Below, piece after piece: positions 9,852 to 17,842 of a stretch of 64,000 nt of DNA. Source of the stretch: an uncultured Verrucomicrobiae bacterium (GTDB taxonomy: Bacteria > Verrucomicrobiota > Verrucomicrobiia > Limisphaerales > UBA11358). Where the stretch lies: contig CAVVAN010000004.1 in assembly GCA_963746345.1 (NCBI GenBank), forward strand, positions 582,063-646,062. The letters are read 5' to 3'. Within the stretch, counting starts at the first letter, position 1. Each line of letters starts with the position of its first letter. A program made the translations under genes and the position numbers. A model generated the notes under the pieces. That model saw only the letters and a list, made by a program, of their open reading frames with translations, had not been told where the DNA came from and searched no databases.

Positions 9852-10075
9852 GGTAGGGACGCCGCGCTGCGGCGTCCGGACATCGCAGCGCGATGTCCCT
9901 ACCTTTGTGTGCCGTCGGCGCATTGTTCCTTTTTTGGCAGGGTCAGCGCGCTGCACTGACCGGACATCCCAGCGGAATGTCCCTACCAAGTTTAACTCCG
10001 ATCCAGACATCGCAGCGCGATGTCCCTACCCGCACCCTGCCATTTGAAGGACGGCGCAGCGCGGCCATCCCTACC
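9852..10075. repeat. cluster of four REP-like palindromic units
   Basis: Units at 9852-9903, 9937-9987, 10003-10030 and 10049-10075 all end in (t/a)(g/t)(t/c)ccctacc. Unit 1 has outer stem ggtagggac/gtccctacc enclosing hairpins gccgc-gct-gcggc and ggacatcgc-agc-gcgatgtcc. Confidence 0.75.
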
Positions 10076-10076
10076 A

Positions 10077-10104
10077 ACAAAAAAGCCGCCCCGAAGGGCG
10101 GCTT
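10077..10104 (-). terminator. rho-independent terminator of the PEP-CTERM gene
   Basis: Perfect 9-bp stem aagccgccc/gggcggctt with loop cgaa, followed on the minus strand by a T-run. Confidence 0.75.
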
Positions 10105-10130
10105 GAAACCTAAAACTTTAACAAAGCCGA

Positions 10131-10769
10131 TCAGGCTTTGCGACGGCGCAAGGCCAAGAGGCCAGCGGCACCCAAACCAAGCAACGCCATCGTTGTCGGT
10201 TCCGGAACAGCAAGAGCAACTGTAAACGAGCTAAAGCCCGTTGCTCCACCTTCGGAAATACCACCGTTACCATCGGAAGTTCCTAGAGGCAAAAAGTCAT
10301 TGTATGATGGACTTGAAGTGCCTGAAACAAGCATCGTGAACGGACCTGACATGCCCGTAATCGTGCCAGCAAGATTACCACCAATTGTCGTATTATTAAA
10401 TGCGCCCCACTCAAGTGTGGCATTTCCACCGGTTACTCCATTCATAGGAATAACAGCATTTACTGACAACGTATAACCAGCACTGGTCGCGCCATCTGCA
10501 ACAGTGCCTCCAAGTGAACCAAACTGTGTTATGCTGGAAGGAATGGCAATATAGCTGGAACCAACAAGATAATACAGTTCAGCGCTAAAATCAGATCCAA
10601 CAGCTAAATCAGCTTTTCCAGCCGGCACGTTGGAACCTGCGTAGGTTACTGGTGATCCAATGTCAGCGGACGCATTGCTATAATTACCAAAGTAAACTCC
10701 TCCCTGACCAAACGAAGACAACGCTGCAACGCCGCTTCCCAATATTCCGATGATTAATTTCTTTTTCAT
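10131..10769 (-). CDS. PEP-CTERM sorting-domain secreted protein
   Basis: 212 aa with a signal peptide. C-terminal VPEPTTMALLGLGAAGLLALRRRKA gives PEP motif, TM helix and basic tail. Confidence 0.85.
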   Translation of the reverse strand: MKKKLIIGILGSGVAALSSFGQGGVYFGNYSNASADIGSPVTYAGSNVPAGKADLAVGSDFSAELYYLVGSSYIAIPSSITQFGSLGGTVADGATSAGYTLSVNAVIPMNGVTGGNATLEWGAFNNTTIGGNLAGTITGMSGPFTMLVSGTSSPSYNDFLPLGTSDGNGGISEGGATGFSSFTVALAVPEPTTMALLGLGAAGLLALRRRKA

Positions 10770-10840
10770 TTTATTTTTTTGTTTAGGTTTTAGGTTTTAG
10801 GTTTTTCAATTATCAGCATCATGTTTAATCGCTATACTGA

Positions 10841-11488
10841 TTACGGCAAAATCTGTTGCCAATTGGTTGCTGCGGCGCTTACAAAGAATCCTTGGCCCAC
10901 GCTAAGATTAAGATTTGTAGTCCAACCACTGGCCTTATATTTGGCCTGCACATAACCAGATCCGTTCCAAGTTTCAACTATGTTTCCAACTACTTGCAGT
11001 GACGGCCCAAGGTTTATACTTGTTCCCGTCAATGTGTCTGATATTGGAAATGGACTTCCAAGCAAAATAAATCCGGGTGTAATCGTAGTGTTATTTGTGC
11101 CAAGTCCATCAACTCCGTTCGGTTGTTGAACAACCACATTCCCGACAAAAGTGTTGGTTATTGATCCAGAGCCTGCGTAGTCAACAAAGAAACCTGTTCC
11201 CGGATACAGGAGCAAATTTGTAGTCCAACCACTGGCTTTATACTTGGCCTGCGTAAAACCGGCTCCGTTCCACGTTTCAACTATCGTGCCCACTGCAGGA
11301 CTTGGAAACAAATCTACCACCGTGTTTGTTCCATCATCCAATGGATTTGCTATCAAATTAAATGTCCCGGCGGTTGAAACAGTATTCACATAACCAACAA
11401 CGTTTTGTGAATAGACGTTTTGCGCTTCTGAAGAAATAACTCCCGCTGCGAGCGCTGCAACTGCGAGAAGTAGTGTTTTTGTTCTCAT
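10841..11488 (-). CDS. secreted hypothetical protein with an internal tandem domain duplication
   Basis: 215 aa with a signal peptide. Two copies of IVETWNG(A/S)G(F/Y).QAKYKASGWTTNL......G.GFFV. Confidence 0.55.
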   Translation of the reverse strand: MRTKTLLLAVAALAAGVISSEAQNVYSQNVVGYVNTVSTAGTFNLIANPLDDGTNTVVDLFPSPAVGTIVETWNGAGFTQAKYKASGWTTNLLLYPGTGFFVDYAGSGSITNTFVGNVVVQQPNGVDGLGTNNTTITPGFILLGSPFPISDTLTGTSINLGPSLQVVGNIVETWNGSGYVQAKYKASGWTTNLNLSVGQGFFVSAAATNWQQILP

Positions 11489-11849
11489 ATTTTTAGTTTT
11501 ATTGTTACCGTGTGTGCTGTGAATATCTCAAAAGCCGTGCCTACTGTCAACTTTTTTTTGAACGTTTTTGAGGCATTTTGCGTCCTGAAAAAGCCTGTTT
11601 TTCAACGGTTTTCAGCAATTCATGGCTTCAAGGGTCAAAAATGTTGCCGAACTGTGACATTATTTTTGCGATGTTATTCACATTTTCACGATGACTTTCA
11701 AGGATAGGAAACGCCGCGACAATCAGTTTAACCACCAAGACACCAAGACACAAAGAAAATTCCCTGTCGTTCCGGCGTTGAATTTTCAACGGCGCAGGTT
11801 GGTTGTTTGAAGTTGACGGGGATAGTTGACGGTTTTAATTTGGCTTGAA

Positions 11850-12089
11850 ATGATAACAGCGCAAAACATCCGCGAATTGTTGAATGAAAAACCGTTTCAT
11901 CCGTTCCGTCTCTATTTGTCGGACGGAACGACGCATGAGGTGCCGCATCCCGAATGGGCATGGCTTGTGGGCAACCGTGTTTTCGTCGCCGCGCCGCGCG
12001 GAAAGAAAACGGATGACTGGTCGGTAAAACAGCTTTCCATCCTGCACATCACACAGTTGGCGGAATCGAACGGAAAAGCCAAAGCCTGA
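11850..12089 (+). CDS. small conserved-looking hypothetical protein
   Basis: ATG at 11850 inside ORF 11826..12089. No recognisable motif. Coding status is uncertain. Confidence 0.35.
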   Translation: MITAQNIRELLNEKPFHPFRLYLSDGTTHEVPHPEWAWLVGNRVFVAAPRGKKTDDWSVKQLSILHITQLAESNGKAKA

Positions 12090-12102
12090 AGGCTGGAAGT
12101 TT

Positions 12103-13191
12103 TCACTGCGTCCCTGATTTTTTATCCGTCTGCACGACAATTTTCAGCGAATCTTCAGTCGAGCGCGAAGCGAGCGCAATGGCACTGGCGGTTTCAGCCA
12201 GCGGAAAGCGGTGGGAAATCAGCGGGCGCACGTCCAATCGGCGGGAAAAGACGAGCCGGGCGACTTCGGCTTGCAGGGTGAAATCAGATGAATAGCTACC
12301 AAGCAGGTCTTTTTCGTCCACGCAAATGGCGGCGGGATCAATGTCCAGCCGCGCGCCGCGCCTGGTGTGGGCAAAAAGAAGGATTTGTCCCGCGCCGCGA
12401 ACAAGTTGCATGGCTTGTTTCACGGCATCGTCGGACGGAACGGCGATGATGGCGGCGTCGAGCGAGATCAAACCCTCACCCGGCCTTCGGCCACCCTCTC
12501 CCATCGGATGGGCGAGGGAAATCCATTTCGCGCCGAATTTTTTTGCGAGCTTCAAACGTGATTCGAGCAAATCTGTGGCGAGGACTTTCATTCCGGCAAT
12601 TTGAAGCAGGCGCGTGAACATCAGGCCAATCGGTCCCTGCCCTGCCACAAGCACGGTGTCGCCGCGCTGCAAAGACAATCGGCGGATGGCTTTGAGCACG
12701 GTGTTGACGGGTTCGAGCATCGCGCCTTCTTCAAAGGAATTTTTTGCGGGAATTTTCACGACTCCGGGCAGAACGAAATCCATGACGCGGACGTATTCGG
12801 CATAACCGCCGCCCGCCGGCTCGAATCCGGCGGTGATGCCGGTGCGTTTGTATTGCGGACATTGCGCAAAAGCGCGGTGACGGCAGAAATGGCAGTCCAT
12901 GCATGGAACGTGATGGTGCAGCGCAACGCGGTCGCCAACGCGGAATTTTTTTATTCGCGCGCCGATTTTTACAATTGTGCCGGCGGTTTCGTGGCCGAAA
13001 ATGCGCGGTGGCGGCACGGTTCCGTATTGAATTTTTTTGATGTCGGTCGGGCAGACGCCGCAAACGGCGACTTTGACGAGAAGTTCGTTTGCGCTGATGC
13101 GCGGGACGGGCACGGTTTCGAGGCGCAGGTCGTTGACGCCGCGATAAACGACGGCGCGCATGGTTTTGGGGATGTCTAACACGGGAAACAT
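12103..13191 (-). CDS. zinc-dependent medium-chain alcohol/polyol dehydrogenase
   Basis: 362 aa. Catalytic-zinc motifs CGVCPTD and GHETAG, structural-zinc Cys cluster C..C..C.......C, Rossmann motif GQGPIG. Confidence 0.8.
   Translation of the reverse strand: MFPVLDIPKTMRAVVYRGVNDLRLETVPVPRISANELLVKVAVCGVCPTDIKKIQYGTVPPPRIFGHETAGTIVKIGARIKKFRVGDRVALHHHVPCMDCHFCRHRAFAQCPQYKRTGITAGFEPAGGGYAEYVRVMDFVLPGVVKIPAKNSFEEGAMLEPVNTVLKAIRRLSLQRGDTVLVAGQGPIGLMFTRLLQIAGMKVLATDLLESRLKLAKKFGAKWISLAHPMGEGGRRPGEGLISLDAAIIAVPSDDAVKQAMQLVRGAGQILLFAHTRRGARLDIDPAAICVDEKDLLGSYSSDFTLQAEVARLVFSRRLDVRPLISHRFPLAETASAIALASRSTEDSLKIVVQTDKKSGTQ
12472..12521. repeat. imperfect palindromic element lying in-frame inside the dehydrogenase CDS
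   Basis: ccctctcccatc g gatgggcgaggg gives a 12-bp arm with 1 mismatch, plus ggcc-ttc-ggcc. It encodes HPMGEGGRRPGEG between the Rossmann strands. Confidence 0.5.
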
Positions 13192-13194
13192 TTA

Positions 13195-13330
13195 GCCACG
13201 GATGGACACAGATGGACACAGATTTTTCAAAGTCATCCGCAGATGACGCAGAAAGCCGCAGATTTGAAGATGAAAATGTTTTATCTGCGTAAATCGGCGC
13301 AATCTGCGGACAAAAATTCTTTGAACCACG
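13195..13330. repeat. block of short intergenic repeat motifs (gatggacaca x2; ccgcagat/atctgcgg family)
   Basis: Direct gatggacaca-gatggacaca and several ccgcagat..atctgcg(g/t) inverted motifs. Related motifs occur at 31583-31615, 35374-35413, 55843-55870 and 56877-56942. Confidence 0.6.
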
Positions 13331-14048
13331 GTTCGGGTTCGCAGGAAAATTCAATTTGTTTTCCGCGCCAGAGAAATTTTATCGAGCGGGCATGGAGCTC
13401 ATGGTTTTCAAAAATCAATTTCGCGCGCTGTTCCGGCGTCAAACGATTTTGGACGAGCGCAAGATATAAATCCTCGTCGCCGCCGTAAAGTTTGTCGCCG
13501 ACGATGGGATGGCCGATGTGCGCGAGGTGGATGCGGATTTGATGTTTGCGACCAGTGCGCGGCAGAATACGCAGCAAAGAAAATTCGTCTCGCGAGGACG
13601 CTCGCCTCACCACAAATCTTTGCTCGACGAAAAATTCTGTTTGCGACGGCGAGCCGTCTTCGCGAACACAATCTTTGACGGCGACTATGCTGTGTTCGTC
13701 TTTGCCGAGCGGCGCGTCAATCGTCCCCTGCTCCGCCGCGACATGGCCGTGGACGATGGCGACATATTGTTTTTCGACGGCGCGACTTTCGAGAATTTTT
13801 CCGAGTTCGCCCGCGATTTCAGAATTTTTTGCGATGATGACAACGCCGCTGGTTTCGCGGTCGAGGCGGTTTATCAAATGTGGCTGCGCGGAATTTCCCA
13901 AATGCAACCGCGCGCGGCCAATCAAGCTGGATAGTTCGCCGTTTTTGGTCGGATGACAGACGAGTCCCGCCGGTTTGTTGATGACCAGCAGTTCATCGTC
14001 TTCAAAAATGATGTCAAAAAGTTTTTCCAAGCGCCGGAAAGCTGCCAC
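13281..14048 (-). CDS. RluA-family 23S rRNA/tRNA pseudouridine synthase
   Basis: 255 aa. Motifs VINKPAGLVCHP, RLDRETSGVV (catalytic Asp) and HQIRIHLAHIGHPIVGDKLYG. Confidence 0.85.
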   Translation of the reverse strand: MAAFRRLEKLFDIIFEDDELLVINKPAGLVCHPTKNGELSSLIGRARLHLGNSAQPHLINRLDRETSGVVIIAKNSEIAGELGKILESRAVEKQYVAIVHGHVAAEQGTIDAPLGKDEHSIVAVKDCVREDGSPSQTEFFVEQRFVVRRASSRDEFSLLRILPRTGRKHQIRIHLAHIGHPIVGDKLYGGDEDLYLALVQNRLTPEQRAKLIFENHELHARSIKFLWRGKQIEFSCEPEPWFKEFLSADCADLRR

Positions 14049-14110
14049 AGAGTCGCAGAGACGCGGAGAAAATTATTTTCGACGGCTTGTCCGTCTGAAA
14101 GTTTTGGACT

Positions 14111-14764
14111 ATGCTGCGCCGCGTGAAAGAAAAATGGAATCGCTGTCTGCCGTTTATTTTCGTGGCGCTGTTCGCCGTGTCGCGGATTCCCGGTTTGCTG
14201 CCGTTGAATTTCAGCGCGGCGTATGCATTCGCGTTTTGCGCGGGCGTTTATTTTTCCAAACGGTTCGCGTGGTGGCTGCCGCTTTTAGTTTTGGTCGCGA
14301 CGGACATCGGCCTGAATTTTTATTATTCGTCGCGCGGCATTGAAGTCTGGGATTCGGCAAACCTGAAAAATCTGCTCTTCAATTATGCCGCCTATGCGGT
14401 TTTGATCTGGTTGGGCCGACGATTCAAACCACAATCGTCGTTTCTCGCGCTGCTCGGCGGCGGAATTTTGGGCGCGATCCTGTTTTATCTCATCACGAAC
14501 ACGGCGTCGTGGTTCTTTAATCCGTTTCATAATCCCGAATATGTGAAAAGTTTTTCCGGCTGGCTGCTGGCATTGACCAAAGGCACGAATGGCTGGCCGA
14601 CGACGCTGGAATTTTTCCGCAACACGCTGTTGAGCGGCGGCATTTTCACCGCGCTGTTTGTCGCGGCGGCGAAATTGACCGCGACCGCCGAATCGCCCGC
14701 CGACAAAAAAGCCGGCGCGCGCGACGAAGAGCCTGAAGAAAAACCGGAGGAAGCCGGCGCGTGA
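14111..14764 (+). CDS. polytopic inner-membrane protein of unknown function
   Basis: 217 aa with ~6 predicted hydrophobic helices and an acidic/Pro-rich C-terminal tail. Confidence 0.5.
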   Translation: MLRRVKEKWNRCLPFIFVALFAVSRIPGLLPLNFSAAYAFAFCAGVYFSKRFAWWLPLLVLVATDIGLNFYYSSRGIEVWDSANLKNLLFNYAAYAVLIWLGRRFKPQSSFLALLGGGILGAILFYLITNTASWFFNPFHNPEYVKSFSGWLLALTKGTNGWPTTLEFFRNTLLSGGIFTALFVAAAKLTATAESPADKKAGARDEEPEEKPEEAGA

Positions 14765-15222
14765 AAATCGGCGTTATTTCCGACACGCACGGATTTCTCG
14801 ACCCGAAAATTCCCGGACTGTTTGCGGGCGTCGGGCATATTTTGCACGCAGGCGACCTCGGCGATGCGTTCATCCCGTTTGAACTGGAACAGATTGCGCC
14901 CGTCACCGCCGTGCTGGGAAATACGGATGCGAATTTACCTTTCAAAGAAACGGAGATCGTCAAACTCGCCGCGCGGAAATTTCTGCTCCATCATATTATT
15001 AATCCGCAATCACTTTCCGACAAAATCAAAAGCCGCATTGCCCGCGAACGCCCGGACGCCGTCGTCTTCGGCCACACGCACAAACCGTTTTGCGAGACGA
15101 TTGGCGGTATTTTATTTTTCAATCCCGGCTACGCGGGCAAACCGAAATTCGGCGCGGAACGCAGCGTGGCTGTCTTGCATTGCGACGAAAAGGAAATTCA
15201 CGCGGAATATCTCAAGCTTTGA
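14761..15222 (+). CDS. YfcE/MJ0936-family metallophosphoesterase
   Basis: 153 aa. GTG start overlaps the upstream stop. Motifs ISDTHG, HAGD, GNTD and GHTH are present. Confidence 0.8.
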   Translation: MKIGVISDTHGFLDPKIPGLFAGVGHILHAGDLGDAFIPFELEQIAPVTAVLGNTDANLPFKETEIVKLAARKFLLHHIINPQSLSDKIKSRIARERPDAVVFGHTHKPFCETIGGILFFNPGYAGKPKFGAERSVAVLHCDEKEIHAEYLKL

Positions 15223-15273
15223 TTGCGCCGGAATTTTCTTTCGCAATTCGATTCTATTTGTTAAAAAATTTCC

Positions 15274-16203
15274 GTGCACAAAACCTTTTGGACAATTTTG
15301 GCCTTCTGGCTTTGCGGGCTGCTCCTCGCGGCGCGCGCTGACACGTTTCAATTGACCGACGGCTCGTCGCTGACCGGCGACATCGTCACGTTCAACGACA
15401 ACGGCATCACTTTCCGCATGGCGGACGACAGTTACACAAATGTCATGTGGACAAAATTTTCGCAGGACGCGCTGAAGCAACTTGAGAAACATCCGAAAAT
15501 CAAGCCGCTCGTCGAGGCTTTCATCGAAATCCCCGCGTCGGAACGTCCGCACAAACCGGAGCCTAGAATTAGGGACGTGACGCGGCTGGAATTGCCGCCG
15601 AACCAATCCGTAATCGGCGCGTTATTCTCTTCATCGGTCGGACTTTTTGTGCTGTTCATAATTTATGCGGCGAATCTTTACGCAGGTTATGAAATCGCGG
15701 CCGTTCGCGCGCAGCCGATCGCACTCGTGATGGGCGTGGCGGCGGTGCTGCCGATTTTGGGGCCGATCATTTTTCTTTCGCTGCCCATGCGCGTGGCAGC
15801 CGCGCCGGTGACGGCGGAAGCGCCCGCCGAAGTGCAGGCTTTCACCGTGCCGGGACAATCTGATCCGGCAGTGGCCGCACCGGGTGGAGTTCACCTTGCG
15901 GAGTCCTCATGGCAAAAGGCGGGACATCCCGAACCGCAGATTTTTCAGCGCGGGCAATTCACGTTCAACCGCCGTTTTCTTGAGACGAAATTTTCCAATT
16001 TCTTCGGCATGACGCGGCGCGAGGCGGACCGCGACATGGTGCTCATCGTGAAAGCGGCGAGCGGCACGTTCGTCGTTCAGCGCATCTCGCGCATCGCCGC
16101 CAACGACGCGCATTTTGAAGTCGTTCAGGGCACGACGCGGCGGGAAATCATGATCCCGTTCGCGGACATTCAGGAAATCCAACTCAAACACAAAGACGCG
16201 TGA
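15274..16203 (+). CDS. membrane-anchored hypothetical protein
   Basis: 309 aa with a signal peptide and two central TM helices. No known motif. Confidence 0.5.
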   Translation: MHKTFWTILAFWLCGLLLAARADTFQLTDGSSLTGDIVTFNDNGITFRMADDSYTNVMWTKFSQDALKQLEKHPKIKPLVEAFIEIPASERPHKPEPRIRDVTRLELPPNQSVIGALFSSSVGLFVLFIIYAANLYAGYEIAAVRAQPIALVMGVAAVLPILGPIIFLSLPMRVAAAPVTAEAPAEVQAFTVPGQSDPAVAAPGGVHLAESSWQKAGHPEPQIFQRGQFTFNRRFLETKFSNFFGMTRREADRDMVLIVKAASGTFVVQRISRIAANDAHFEVVQGTTRREIMIPFADIQEIQLKHKDA

Positions 16204-16784
16204 AATACCGCACCATACTCATGTTCGGCGCGCCCGGTTCGGGCAAAGGCACGCACGGAAGAATTCTCGGCGCGATTCCGGGCTTCGTCCATTGCAGTTG
16301 CGGCGAAGTTTTCCGCAGTTTAAGTCCCGAGACGCCGCTGGGGAAAATTTTTCTTGAACATTCCAGCACCGGCGGACTTGTGCCAGACGAACCGACCATT
16401 GAGCTTTGGAAAAATTACACGCACGGCCTCGCCGCCGCCGGACGACTTGATCACAAGCGCAACACCCTCGTGCTCGACGGAATCCCGCGCAATGTCCATC
16501 AGGCGGAAATGCTCAAGGAATTTCTCAATGTCATCGCCGTGTTTTATATGTGCAGCGCGAATTTTGAAAATCTCGTCAAGCGCCTGCAACGCCGCGCGCT
16601 CAAGGACAATCGCCTCGACGATGCAAACATGGATGTGATTCGCGCGCGTCTGAAAACTTACGAAAAAGAAACCAAGCCCGTGCTGAATTTTTACGGCAAA
16701 AAAATCGTCCATAAAATCAACACTGACGGCACGCCGCCGCAGACCTTTCTCAAAGTCCTTCGCCAAATAGTCAAGCTCGGCTGA
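16200..16784 (+). CDS. adk: adenylate kinase-like nucleoside monophosphate kinase
   Basis: 194 aa. P-loop FGAPGSGKGT, short-LID architecture, GTG start overlapping the upstream stop. Confidence 0.7.
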   Translation: MKYRTILMFGAPGSGKGTHGRILGAIPGFVHCSCGEVFRSLSPETPLGKIFLEHSSTGGLVPDEPTIELWKNYTHGLAAAGRLDHKRNTLVLDGIPRNVHQAEMLKEFLNVIAVFYMCSANFENLVKRLQRRALKDNRLDDANMDVIRARLKTYEKETKPVLNFYGKKIVHKINTDGTPPQTFLKVLRQIVKLG

Positions 16785-16789
16785 ATTGG

Positions 16790-16867
16790 ATTTATGATTT
16801 ACGATTTATGATTTACGATTTGCCTACAGTTGCGCGCGGCAAAAATCATAAATCGTAAATCATAAAT
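16790..16867. repeat. 25-bp perfect inverted repeat (stem-loop) between adk and fmt
   Basis: Arm 16790-16814 (atttatgatttacgatttatgattt) is the exact reverse complement of 16843-16867. Loop is 28 nt. The right arm contains the A and T of the fmt ATG. Confidence 0.85.
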
Positions 16868-17841
16868 GAAGATTATTTTCATGGGCACGGCGGAATTGTC
16901 CTGCGCCAGTTTGGAAAAACTGGCGCGTGATAAAAAATTTCAAATCGCCGCCGTCGTCACGCAGCCAGACAAACCCAAAGGCCGCGAACTTAAATTGCAA
17001 TTTTCGCCGGTGAAAATTCTGGCGGAGAAATTGAAATCTGCCGGTTTTGCAGCCAACGCAGAGCGCGCGACGAAAAATTCATTTCCGAACTGCGCGAGAT
17101 TGAAGCCGGATTTGATCGTCGTCGTCGCTTACGGACAGATTTTGCCGCAAAGCATTTTGGATTTGCCGAAGTTCGGCTGCGTGAACGTCCACACGTCGCT
17201 GCTGCCGAAATATCGCGGCGCATCGCCGATTCAATGGGCGATTGCCAACGGCGAAACGGAAACCGGCGTGACGATCATGAAAATGGACGCGGGTTTGGAC
17301 ACGGGCGAAATCATTTCGCAGGCGCGCACGCCGATTTTGCCGGAAGACGATTCGCAAACGCTGCACGACCGGCTTGCACAACTTGGCGCGGAATTGTTGG
17401 TTGAAACGATTCCCGATTACGTCGCCGGAAAAATTTCGCCAAAACCGCAGCCAGTCGAAGGCGCGAGCTACGCGGCAAAAATTAAAAAAGAGGACGGCGA
17501 GATTGACTGGAACGAACCGGCGGAAAAGATTTTGAACCGACTCCGCGCTTTCACGCCGTGGCCGGGCGTGTTCACATTCCTGAACGGCAAATTGCTAAAA
17601 ATTTGTAAAGCAAGCCTTGCACAAGAAATTTGTTACGAAGGAATTCCGCTTCACAGCAAGGAGTTTAAAGCGGGAATAATTTTATCGGCTGACAAAAATG
17701 GAATTGTTGTTGCTGTGCGGCAAAGACTCGTTGAGGATTTTGGAATTGCAGCGCGAAGGCGGTCGAAGATTGACCGCGCAGGAATTTCTAGCCGGTCATC
17801 CGTTGAACCCCGGCGAGAAATTTGATGTGTCCCACGGATGA
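16866..17841 (+). pseudogene. fmt: methionyl-tRNA formyltransferase (frameshifted as sequenced)
   Basis: N-terminus MKIIFMGT and core VVVAYGQILP..NVH.SLLPKYRGA.PIQ. The conserved C-terminus LLLLCGKDSLRILELQREGGRRLTAQEFLAGHPL is in the +1 frame after the A-run near 17697. Motifs NLPVLQPT and RDEKFISELREI lie in alternative frames at 17028-17105. Confidence 0.85.
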
Positions 17842-17842
17842 T

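Noticed and set aside
9852-10075. Possible CRISPR array (repeat cluster here and the triple repeat at 48391-49824).
   Set aside because: The units are imperfect, of unequal length and irregularly spaced. The 'spacers' at 48.4-49.8 kb are complete protein-coding TA genes. No cas genes are present.
12601-13179. Long ORFs antisense to, or out of frame with, conserved genes. Examples: 12601-13179(+), 12731-13354(-), 25563-26300(+), 29990-30800(+) N-terminal part, 36934-37575(-), 38399-39529(+), 40155-41054(-), 41352-41993(-), 58488-59279(+).
   Set aside because: These are typical shadow ORFs of GC-rich DNA. Their translations are Arg/Ala/Gly-rich with no motifs, and each overlaps a gene with clear homology-like motifs on the other strand or frame.
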